Shown here in pieces: positions 1 to 9,469 of a DNA stretch of 64,000 nt. The stretch comes from an uncultured Nitrososphaerota archaeon. Its GTDB lineage: Archaea > Thermoproteota > Nitrososphaeria > Nitrososphaerales > CADDZS01. Position 1 is the first letter of the stretch. Every line of letters starts with the position of its first letter. The stretch is from positions 1 to 64,000 of the forward strand of contig CAWCYI010000001.1 in NCBI GenBank assembly GCA_963799845.1, in the 5' to 3' direction. The position numbers and the translations under genes are program-made. The notes beneath the pieces were generated by a model, which searched no databases, had not been told where the DNA came from, and saw only the letters and a program-made list of their open reading frames with translations.

Positions 1-826
<826 letters not shown>

Positions 827-1020
827 TATATTGGGAAGTACGATTTGCTCTCTTTTGCGGAAGAAAAGCACAAGCCAACGTCAGATTCAATACTGCTATT
901 GAACCCCCATCTTAATGTGCGCACGTTTGGAGGTCCATTTCGCATCGCACGGGCTATGCCCTCAGCTAGATATGGACGCCGCCAACAAAAACATGCGGGC
1001 CTAGCCATACGAACTGCTGT

Positions 1021-1042
1021 CGTTATAAGCGTTACTTTCGGC
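1021..1042 (-). promoter_or_regulatory. Putative rRNA promoter (BRE + TATA)
   Basis: Minus strand GCCGAAAGTAACGCTTATAACG: purine-rich BRE followed by a TATA-like CTTATAA, about 200 bp upstream of the 16S 5' end. Confidence 0.55.
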
Positions 1043-1145
1043 TCCATCTAATTTTTAGTGTTTCAGTTTTCCAGCAGAAATTTATTTCTGACTGAAAAAA
1101 TATTCGTAAACCTTTCAGCATGATTCTGTTGTTATCCTCTACTGG

Positions 1146-1535
1146 ATGTCATCTGAAGGTGACGCGCGCAAAAATGAAGATTCTCTCTTCTCTGGGAGAG
1201 GATCTCCCGCGTTGATGTCTCTGAAAGAACCAGCACTGCGCATGCTTCGAGAAAGGTATTCCGAGAGTTTTGCGGTGACTTTGGGAAAGGAAAACCAGAT
1301 CCATCTGTTCCTGATAAAGCTCAGTCTCTGGGCGTTAGTTCGAACGTTCGTTCCAAAGGACATTGATCAATCAGCGAAAAGCATCCGAATTGGCGACGCG
1401 TTGTCCCTCATCGAAAACGCTCTAAATGGATCAAACCCGGAACTTCTGGAAAGCCTAGATACGTCTGTCTCAAAAGCCCGCTCTCGAATCGCGGCTAAAG
1501 CTGAAGAGTTTGGAGCAAGAGGAGCAAAATCCTGA
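1146..1535 (+). CDS. Hypothetical protein
   Basis: 129-aa ATG ORF, helical composition, divergent from the rRNA gene; no motif recognised. Confidence 0.55.
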   Translation: MSSEGDARKNEDSLFSGRGSPALMSLKEPALRMLRERYSESFAVTLGKENQIHLFLIKLSLWALVRTFVPKDIDQSAKSIRIGDALSLIENALNGSNPELLESLDTSVSKARSRIAAKAEEFGARGAKS

Positions 1536-1591
1536 GAAACACCCAGCGCAAAAATATTTAGTGCCGTGATCCGCTTGTTTTCGCGTCGAAG

Positions 1592-1999
1592 TTGACCGAT
1601 CCCCTCACAGGAAAAGAACTGATCCAAAAGTCGTACGACTATATTGACAAGCTCACAAAAGAGGTCGCAAAATATCTGATCGAGGATTACAACAAGACTC
1701 ACAGGAAATTTCAGCTCGGAAGAGTTGCGACAGAAGTTTCTGCGGGCGTTGTGCAATGGTTTGAAAAAAGAGACCGAAATGTCAGTCTGTCGTTCGAACC
1801 GAACTCTGTTATCAGGCCTCAACCGACGCAGGTGAGGTTCAGATTCAAGGGCAGCACCAAGGATGCAGATTTCTTACTTGACGCGTCTGTAGGAGTGTTT
1901 GTCACGCCCGGATCTGAAATTTCGGATTCTACAATAGCTTTCCCAAAAACGCTGGTAATCAGCGCCGAGAGAACGACTTTTAGCAAACGAAAAAATTGA
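1592..1999 (+). CDS. Hypothetical protein
   Basis: 135-aa TTG ORF with protein-like composition, preceded by AAAATATTTA; no motif recognised. Confidence 0.7.
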   Translation: MTDPLTGKELIQKSYDYIDKLTKEVAKYLIEDYNKTHRKFQLGRVATEVSAGVVQWFEKRDRNVSLSFEPNSVIRPQPTQVRFRFKGSTKDADFLLDASVGVFVTPGSEISDSTIAFPKTLVISAERTTFSKRKN

Positions 2000-2270
2000 A
2001 ACGAGCTGTTAGAAAGCAATCTAACGAGTACAAGTGCACGGTTGCAGGACTCCCCTAGGGGGGCCCCTCTCCACATGACAGCTCGAAATGAGCTCTTAGC
2101 CCAAAAGGTAAGCGCGTGTGTAGAAATCTAAAGCAAATTCAGTTCGGCACACGTAAGACTCTCGAGCAAAGATCTAGAATATCTGTTAAAATTTCCAGAA
2201 CATCCTCGAAAACTCGAAAATCCAGTACGAAATGATCAACTCGACGATTGTCGAGAATGCTTTGTGCGTC

Positions 2271-2354
2271 CGTTCAATTCGTTCTGAGCTCTCTGAGCTC
2301 CGTTCAGCTCGTTTCAAGCTCTTCTGAGCTAACAGAGCTTGAACGTAGCTCTTC
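2271..2354. repeat. Imperfect ~10-bp repeat array with AGCT core (7 copies), last units inverted
   Basis: AGCT at 2287, 2296, 2306, 2317, 2327, 2336, 2347; units such as GTTCTGAGCT, CGTTCAGCTC, GTTTCAAGCT; GAGCTTGAACG (2335-2345) is the reverse complement of CGTTCAAGCTC. Confidence 0.75.
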
Positions 2355-2539
2355 GCCAAAAAGTGCTCACGTGTGTGAAACGCAGAAAAAATTTTTTCTT
2401 AATGAATCAATGGGAACTAATATTTGAAGAACTAGAGATCTCACAATCGAGGCAAGTCCTTATCGAGGTAAGTTTGCTCAAAAATCATGTTACCTGGTAA
2501 TGCATTAAATTCTGTCGAATTCTAGAGTCTACCGTTCAA

Positions 2540-3913
2540 ATGGCAACATCCAAGAAAATTAGCAAATTGGCTCAACTTTCCGACGAGGAAGCTTATCGAA
2601 AGAAAACTGCCGGCTCCATGAAAATGTTCGAGCAGGCCTCCAAGATAATGCCCGGAGGCCAGAGTCACAACGCGCGATTTTTTGAACCCTATCCATTCTT
2701 CGCCGAAAAAGCCCACGGGAAATATATCTGGGACGTTGATGGAAACAGATATGTCGATTACTGGATGGGTCATACCGCCCTAATTCTAGGGCACTCTCCC
2801 GAGGTCGTCGTGCGGGCCATCAAGGCGCAGAGTACGAACGGGCTGCTATTTGGTAGCCCGAACAAATATGCCTTCGAGCTGGCGGGTCTAGTTACCAAGG
2901 TGGTTCCCTGTGCCGAATCAGTCAGATTCTGCACAACAGGCGCGGAGGCGACTATGTATGCTGTGAGACTTGCCAGAGCTTTCACACGGAAAAACACGAT
3001 CATCAAAATGGCTGGGGGATGGCATGGTTACAGTTCGGCGCTGACAGTTGGTGTTTCGCCGCCGTATGATGTTCCCGAGAGCGCGGGCTTGATCGCGGAT
3101 GATGACCGGTTCGTGAGGCTCGCGGATTTCAACGATATCGAGATGACAAAGGCAGTCTTCGACTCTGCTTCGGGAGACCTGGCGGGAGTGATCGTTGAAC
3201 CCATGATCGGAGCTGGCGGGGTAATCCCCGCGAGGAAGGAGTACCTCGAATTGCTGAGGCAAAAGTGCACGGAACTTGGAGCGGTCCTTGTTTTTGACGA
3301 AATAATCACTGGCTTCAGGCTTGGATTGGGCGGAGCTCAAGAGTACTTTGGTATAAGACCTGATCTGTGTACTCTGGGCAAAATTCTGGGAGGAGGACTT
3401 CCCGTCTCCGCGGTCGCAGGAAGAAACGAAATAATGTCCCTTGCTGACGTGACTAACAAGTCGAAGACCCAGCGATGCTGGATTGGCGGAGGAACTTTTT
3501 CCGAGAATGCGTTATGCATGAGAGCCGGAATCGCTACTATGAACTTCCTCATGAACAATCGAAAATCAATCTACAAGGGTCTTGAAAAACTCGGGGAGAA
3601 TCTTAGAAAATCGGTCGACGGCGTATTTTCAAAAGCAGGGATCAAGACGAAATCAACCGGGATGGGTTCGCTTTTTACTACACATTTTCTGGCAGAGAAC
3701 CAGAACGATATCCAGTCCCCAGCCGATGTGAATTCTTCTAACAAGCACGCACAAAAAGAGTATTATTTTTCACTGATTGCCAAGAAGGGAATTTACTTCC
3801 TCCCTGGTCACATCGGGGCGATCTCTACGGCTCATGCAAAATCTGACGTCGATTATTTGGTTGACTCAACGGCCGATTATGCCGAGAAGATCGGGAAGGA
3901 AAAAAGGAACTGA
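2540..3913 (+). CDS. hemL: Class III PLP aminotransferase, glutamate-1-semialdehyde 2,1-aminomutase-like
   Basis: WDVDGNRYVDY..ILGH, FDEIITGFR and TLGKILGGGLP (PLP lysine) motifs; some HemL positions diverged. Confidence 0.75.
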   Translation: MATSKKISKLAQLSDEEAYRKKTAGSMKMFEQASKIMPGGQSHNARFFEPYPFFAEKAHGKYIWDVDGNRYVDYWMGHTALILGHSPEVVVRAIKAQSTNGLLFGSPNKYAFELAGLVTKVVPCAESVRFCTTGAEATMYAVRLARAFTRKNTIIKMAGGWHGYSSALTVGVSPPYDVPESAGLIADDDRFVRLADFNDIEMTKAVFDSASGDLAGVIVEPMIGAGGVIPARKEYLELLRQKCTELGAVLVFDEIITGFRLGLGGAQEYFGIRPDLCTLGKILGGGLPVSAVAGRNEIMSLADVTNKSKTQRCWIGGGTFSENALCMRAGIATMNFLMNNRKSIYKGLEKLGENLRKSVDGVFSKAGIKTKSTGMGSLFTTHFLAENQNDIQSPADVNSSNKHAQKEYYFSLIAKKGIYFLPGHIGAISTAHAKSDVDYLVDSTADYAEKIGKEKRN

Positions 3914-3948
3914 ATTAAGATGCCCGAAGCCGCCTACCTCATTCGGAT

Positions 3949-4950
3949 CTAAATCAAAATACTGCTCGCCGGCCTCAGATCCTTGACAGTCTTGAGACCG
4001 GGCTCTGAATCTACGACCCGTGGTATTGAATTTACTATAATTGCCGCAGTCGCGATGTCGCCCGGAGTTCCACCAGGTATCTGGAGCTTGATGTTTGGAG
4101 TTCCCAGTAGTTCGATTTCATCGTGAGGGTTCTGGGCTTGAGCATACATCTCGATGTGGTAACGAGCGACCATCCGACCCTTTGAATATCCCTGTCCATC
4201 TTGGACCAGCCCGGTCACCCGGCCTTTCTCCACCCTGCCAAAGTGCTCAGTCATGATTGGCGAATCAGCAATCTTCGGAGTTATGTTTTGGCTGATCCTC
4301 TCAATTGGAGAACGGAGCGCATCGCACACCATCGCGATGGATTCCGGCAGCCCTATGTGACCAAACTTCCCCGTCTTGACGTTCTCTTCAAATTCGCTAG
4401 TGGTTAAGCCGATGCCAACCTTCTTTTGAAATGGAACTCTCCTCTTGGTGGCATCAAGGACTCTGGTTGCCCTAACTTCTGTGACGCTGGCGCACACCCC
4501 GCTCAGTGTAATTGCAAGAACGTCCAGAACAAATCCGGGATTTACACCCGTTCCGAGAAGTGTTACACCGTTTTTCTTCGCGGCTTCATCGAGCCTCTCG
4601 GCGCTCTCTTTGTGGCTGAACCACGGGAAAGCAAGCTCCTCGTTTGTGCTGACGACGTCGACTCCGTTCTCGCAAAATTCCATGAGCTGTGACTCGGCGA
4701 TTGACAAAAACGAGCTTGTGGCATGTAGCACCGCATCCGCTTTTTCGTACAAGCTACGTCCAGACTTGGCTACTCTGATTCCGATAGGTTTTGGATCGCC
4801 AGTCAGTTCGGACAGGTCTTTCCCCTCGAAAGCTGGATTTGCGTCCACCGCTCCGATTACTTCCAACTGATCAGTTCGAGAAAGCGCGAGTTTTGCTATC
4901 GAGCAACCTATCGGGCCGAGACCGAATGAGATGACCTTCAATTTCCGCAA
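3949..4950 (-). CDS. NAD(P)H-dependent amine dehydrogenase family (2,4-diaminopentanoate dehydrogenase / DapB-like)
   Basis: GLGPIG Rossmann motif, STNEELAFP, LGTGVNPGF, PGDIATAA..VNSIP..PGL. Confidence 0.8.
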   Translation of the reverse strand: MRKLKVISFGLGPIGCSIAKLALSRTDQLEVIGAVDANPAFEGKDLSELTGDPKPIGIRVAKSGRSLYEKADAVLHATSSFLSIAESQLMEFCENGVDVVSTNEELAFPWFSHKESAERLDEAAKKNGVTLLGTGVNPGFVLDVLAITLSGVCASVTEVRATRVLDATKRRVPFQKKVGIGLTTSEFEENVKTGKFGHIGLPESIAMVCDALRSPIERISQNITPKIADSPIMTEHFGRVEKGRVTGLVQDGQGYSKGRMVARYHIEMYAQAQNPHDEIELLGTPNIKLQIPGGTPGDIATAAIIVNSIPRVVDSEPGLKTVKDLRPASSILI

Positions 4951-5112
4951 GGCTAGAATTTACCTTTGATGCAAAGACAAAACCAAGTTTGTAAAAAGCT
5001 TCGGATGTCTTGCACAGTCAAAACTGCAAGAGAAATTTACTGAATGGACAGGATTAGTTGTCGCTGTTCATCATTAACGTTCGGTGGAGGTTATTTTCTG
5101 GTACACTCGATC

Positions 5113-5469
5113 ATGCCCTCAGACCCAAGTAACATAGAATCCAATGTGCTGAACAGACTGGTGGAAACCATCGAAGATGTGCAGAAGGGTCTTGACCCCG
5201 GGGTACTAGCCGCTTACTACAAAATCATCGAAAAGGAAGCGAGGGCAGCCTGTCCCACCGAGGAGCTTCGAAACAGCATCCGAGTCGTCCAAAATCCAGA
5301 ACTTCCGATGAAGTTTGAGTTCAAATCCTCAAAGAGGGCGATACGTTTCGTAGTCGAAGCACTCGAAAATAATCTAAACACTATGCCGTTCGCGACGAGA
5401 CTCTACTTCCAGAAATTTGAAGAAATTCTGGAAAATGAATTCGGGGCTTTTACGAAAGATAATAGTTAA
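5113..5469 (+). CDS. Conserved hypothetical protein (thaumarchaeal type)
   Basis: 118 aa from ATG 5113; GLDP..L..YY, QNPELPMKF, SKRA and MPFATRLYF resemble a family I recall from Thaumarchaeota. Confidence 0.75.
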   Translation: MPSDPSNIESNVLNRLVETIEDVQKGLDPGVLAAYYKIIEKEARAACPTEELRNSIRVVQNPELPMKFEFKSSKRAIRFVVEALENNLNTMPFATRLYFQKFEEILENEFGAFTKDNS

Positions 5470-5478
5470 CGTTGAGGT

Positions 5479-5889
5479 TTAGTGTCCGCCGCAACCGCAG
5501 CCGCATCCCTCTTCTTCCGCCTCTCCGTGCGAGTGACCTCCTTCCGCTGTTTCGAAAGAATTCCCACATCCACATGAAGATACTGCGTTGGGGTTGCTGA
5601 TTTTGAATCCTGAGCCTTGAACGGTTTCGACAAAGTCAATCTCGGCGCCCTCCATCAATTTGGCGCTCTGGTTATCGATGTAGACGTTGATCCCGTTCTC
5701 GGACCAAGAAATGTCATCGCTCTTTGCGTTTCTCTCCAGCACCATTCCGTACTGGTAGCCCGAGCAACCGCCCTGAGCAACAAAAATTCTCAAACCGTTC
5801 GATTGATCCTTGTCTTTTGCCATGAATTCCTTTACGCGATCAATAGCCAACGGCGTCAAAGTAACGATTTTCTGAGATGAACTCTGCAT
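5479..5889 (-). CDS. iscA: HesB/IscA/ErpA Fe-S cluster assembly accessory protein
   Basis: GGCSGYQY and FKISNPNAVSSCGCGNSF motifs; start at ATG 5889. Confidence 0.92.
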   Translation of the reverse strand: MQSSSQKIVTLTPLAIDRVKEFMAKDKDQSNGLRIFVAQGGCSGYQYGMVLERNAKSDDISWSENGINVYIDNQSAKLMEGAEIDFVETVQGSGFKISNPNAVSSCGCGNSFETAEGGHSHGEAEEEGCGCGCGGH

Positions 5890-5939
5890 GAAAGTAACAA
5901 TATAACGTCGGCATATTAGAATCTTATGCCTATCATCTT

Positions 5940-6912
5940 CTAGGTTTTGGCAACACCCCCGCCGACCACGCGCAGGGGTTTTGAATTCAAGTCGAGGACG
6001 CAAACAGGCATACCATCCCATACAGGAATGTTTTCCGATAGCTTGGCAATTCTAGTATTCGGAGATTTTCCCTGAACTATTAGCGAAACCAAAAACTCTC
6101 CGTTGGCCTCCAAGTGGAGATCTCGTTCGACGGTTGGCTGCTTGTAGTACTTCGACTGTCTGAACTCAAATTCCACTTCTGAAGAAATCTTGGAAGAACC
6201 GTTGTCGAGCCAGGAAACCTTTGCGAAATCCTTCAGCTCTACGTTTTTGAGTGATAGCCCTACACGAATTCCACTTCCGGATGACTCCTGATCTTCATCG
6301 CTCACCTGGATTCCCTTGACTTCGGCCATCTTAACAGATTCAGACGGTATGAGCCGCAACTTGTCATGTACAGAAACCGTGCCAGTGAGGACAAATCCTA
6401 GAACCACTAGACCAACTCCCTTCACACTGAACGCCCTGTCGATGTAAATCAGCGTGGACCCTGGGGGATAGTTCGTTCTCTTTTTGACGGAAGAAAAATC
6501 AAAGACGGACGACTTGCTGTCTCTTGATTCGATACGGTAGGAAGCTCAGCTTCAATCCTTTGAAGGAGTTTTTCGCCACCCCTGACACGTCAGGCAAGGA
6601 GCTGTCCACTGCCTCGATAGCTCCATCAACGTCAAGGGAGTCCAAAAGCACTGCGAGCTCTCCATCGGTCGGGGCAAGTTTGCCATCTTGAGGCAGCATG
6701 TAAAGAGCGTAATCTACTATTGAAGCGATTCTTGAATAGCCCTGAATTTTGTCCGGAAATGATGTGTCATCAAGGAAGGAATATTTCTTGCCAGCTTCGT
6801 TTCTCTGATATACAATGATCCCTTCAGTTTCGCTCTTTTTTCCGACCGATGAAAGGAACGAAGACTTTAGGGCAGGGTTTGATCCAAAAACACCTATCAA
6901 TGAACCTTCCAA
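5940..6912 (-). CDS. SelB-like / EF-Tu domain 2 protein, frameshifted near 6541
   Basis: GKKSE..FPDKIQ N-terminus; after a +1 shift reads YIDRAFSVKGVGLVVLG, VKGIQ..D, RVGLSLK. Confidence 0.8.
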
Positions 6913-6978
6913 ATGGAAATCAACAATCCTTACAGAATGAAAACTCGATTTCTTAGGATTCGGTAAAAAGTTATAGGT

Positions 6979-8496
6979 CTAATCTCGAGTCCGCGATACT
7001 TCTTCAACGATGGACTTGAGTCGTTGGGTAATACTGTTCACGAATTCATCCTCTCCAGCAAGGCCTTCAATGTTTGTTTTAACGTTGCTCCACGCTCCCA
7101 AGATCGAAGCTCTCGAAAGCTCGATAGCAGTCTCGACATCTGACTGGGCATTCTTGTTTCCAATTTCGCGGATTCGCTTGCCGAGTAGGAATACCGAGTA
7201 AGCCGAAATGGCTGTCTCGGCGGGAATCTCTGCAGCAGTTTTTAGCGCCGAGTTCATTTTTTCTTTCCGCTCACTCTTTTCGGCCTCGGTTGATTTTGGA
7301 AGCTTCATCGCGCTCGACACGTGTGAGTAAGCGGAGGCGTCACGATCCACGAGTTCGAGAAGTTTTGACCTTAAATCGTCAGCTTGAGCCAAAATTTGTC
7401 TCACGGATTCCCAAGCTGATTCGTAGTTTTTCTTCCCGATAGTCAATTGACACACCATCGCAACAAGTGAGGCTGCGAGTGCACCCGAATATGCGGAGAC
7501 ACAACCTCCCCCTGGAATCGGAGACTTTGATGCGACGCTATCAGAGAATGCTTCAAGTGTCATTGAAACAAATCTAGAATCCTCGGCCTTTTCCACTTCG
7601 GACGAGAAAATTCTGTTTTCTATTATTTGATTCGAATTGAAATTACTTAGAGAGAGATAGTGAACGGAAGCGAGAGTCAGTGCCTCCTGCGGGACGAGTC
7701 CCACAATCTCGCTTTCGACGACTCTTACCCCGTACTCCTTTGAGTACTGAGAAATTGCGTCAAATACAGCGTGCATCGAAGTCCTCGTGTAGTCTGTGAG
7801 ATTCATTGAAACTTGGACAAGATTTCGATCTTTCAGTTGAAAGCCCAGTGCTTTGACGGCTGGAAAACCGCCGTCCCTTTCTCTCACGCGTTTTGCAATT
7901 TTTTTAGCAATCGAAAGATCTTCACTCTCAAGGTTGACGTTGTAAGCTATCAGGATGGGTCTTGCTCCCACCGCGGTTGCACCTGCAGTAGGGTGGATTT
8001 TTTCCGGCCCAAAATCCGGCTCCCTTGAAGAGTCTGTTCCGATCAATTCCCGGAGGCCTTCAAACTGTCCCTGGCGAACGTCGGCGAGATTCCTCCGATC
8101 TTCCCTAGTGGCTGCATTTTCGTATAGAAAAACGGGAACGGAAAACCTTGCAGAAAATTCTTGAGCGAACCCTTTTGCAAGTTTGACGCAATCGTCCATG
8201 CTCACTTCTCTCAGCGGAACGAAGGGAACCACGTCGACGGCACCCATCCTCGGATGCTCTCCAGTGTGTTTGGTCAAATCGATTAGTTCGATTGCTTTTG
8301 CACTCGAGGAGAGTGCTGCATCTTTAACCGCTTCAGGAGGACCAACAAACGTTAGTACCATCCTGTTGTGATTTGCATCGCTCTCGCAATCCAGAACCGT
8401 GATTCCTTGAACAGATTGTGCTGCCTTTAGAATCTCGTCAATAACCTCTTTTCTTCTGCCCTCTGAGAAATTTGGGACGCATTCAACAATTTTCAT
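6979..8496 (-). CDS. ftcD: Bifunctional glutamate formimidoyltransferase / cyclodeaminase
   Basis: MKIVECVPNFSEGR, HTGEHPRMGAVDVVPF, VQVSMNL; C-terminal PIPGGG.VSA cyclodeaminase domain. Confidence 0.95.
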   Translation of the reverse strand: MKIVECVPNFSEGRRKEVIDEILKAAQSVQGITVLDCESDANHNRMVLTFVGPPEAVKDAALSSSAKAIELIDLTKHTGEHPRMGAVDVVPFVPLREVSMDDCVKLAKGFAQEFSARFSVPVFLYENAATREDRRNLADVRQGQFEGLRELIGTDSSREPDFGPEKIHPTAGATAVGARPILIAYNVNLESEDLSIAKKIAKRVRERDGGFPAVKALGFQLKDRNLVQVSMNLTDYTRTSMHAVFDAISQYSKEYGVRVVESEIVGLVPQEALTLASVHYLSLSNFNSNQIIENRIFSSEVEKAEDSRFVSMTLEAFSDSVASKSPIPGGGCVSAYSGALAASLVAMVCQLTIGKKNYESAWESVRQILAQADDLRSKLLELVDRDASAYSHVSSAMKLPKSTEAEKSERKEKMNSALKTAAEIPAETAISAYSVFLLGKRIREIGNKNAQSDVETAIELSRASILGAWSNVKTNIEGLAGEDEFVNSITQRLKSIVEEVSRTRD

Positions 8497-8619
8497 TTTC
8501 TTAACAAGATCCGAATACTAGCTTAATCGTCAAACAAAGGATTTAGCCGAGGTTGGCTGCCTGTTAGTACCACTGTATTATCAAGCTAGTGTCCCAAGAC
8601 AGCATTTTCTCATTTGAAA

Positions 8620-9468
8620 TCAACTTCGTTTACCTTCGAATTCAGGTTTTATGATTCCATGTTTGAGTAAATTGATTGCAATCGGATGGATTCCCATCCC
8701 GTACTGCATGGCCTTTTTGGGCTTGAGGACGACGCCTTCAGGCAGTCCAATCAACCGGCCAAAGCACCTCCAAATCCTTTTCCGTAGCAAATCGTTGTTT
8801 GGAAGAATCTTGTATTCGACAGGAATCCGAATCGCAAATTGTCGGAATTTTCCGTAGAGCAAAGGCTCATAAATTTGATACCCAAATTCGGAGGCTATTT
8901 TTCTTACTTGAGAACCCAGGCTCTCGGCCATTTTCAAGGCGGCTGGAATCTCGTTTTCAACGGCTTCATAATTCCCTGAATCGAGAATTCTTCTGAATCT
9001 GTCGTATCCGCAGAACAGCTCGTCAGGTCCATTCGCCGAAATTAAGTAGTTAATTTCAGAGGATTCTCGCGCCGTCTTGGCAAGGAGCCAGAACGCAATG
9101 CAATCTTCGTAGTGAGAAAGATTGGAAACTGTTACGATGCTCGATATTTTCTTTGCGGCCAGTTCAATTTCATCCCTATCTATCCTGCAAAGAACTGTTG
9201 TGAATCTTGAAGAATTGGACAAAGGCGATGACTCTGCAGATTCTACATCCGAGGATTTTTCAAGCCCAAGCGTAAGAAGAGTAATATTACCTCGAGTGTT
9301 TCCAAGAATTTTGGCAAGAATGGTGCTGTCGATCCCACCCGAGAATCCTAGAGTTGCTGGCTCATCCGCAAGTGAGCCAACTACGTCTTTTATTGCCGAA
9401 TTTAGAGCAGAAAGAATAGGATCAAGAACGCTCTCCCCAACACTTGGTAGCAGATCCTGGTAAGTCAG
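8620..9468 (-). CDS. Asparagine synthase C-terminal domain protein (probable CTG start)
   Basis: Frame stays open upstream of the called ORF and encodes the GFSGGIDS PP-loop; also NGPDELFCGY and KPKKAMQYG. Confidence 0.85.
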   Translation of the reverse strand: MTYQDLLPSVGESVLDPILSALNSAIKDVVGSLADEPATLGFSGGIDSTILAKILGNTRGNITLLTLGLEKSSDVESAESSPLSNSSRFTTVLCRIDRDEIELAAKKISSIVTVSNLSHYEDCIAFWLLAKTARESSEINYLISANGPDELFCGYDRFRRILDSGNYEAVENEIPAALKMAESLGSQVRKIASEFGYQIYEPLLYGKFRQFAIRIPVEYKILPNNDLLRKRIWRCFGRLIGLPEGVVLKPKKAMQYGMGIHPIAINLLKHGIIKPEFEGKRS

Positions 9469-9469
9469 T

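Noticed and set aside
2030-2130. RNase P, SRP or tRNA gene in the intergenic region
   Set aside because: I could not find the conserved RNase P or SRP motifs or a cloverleaf on either strand
2271-2354. Repeat array as a CRISPR
   Set aside because: Units are about 10 bp with no spacers, and there are no cas genes in the window
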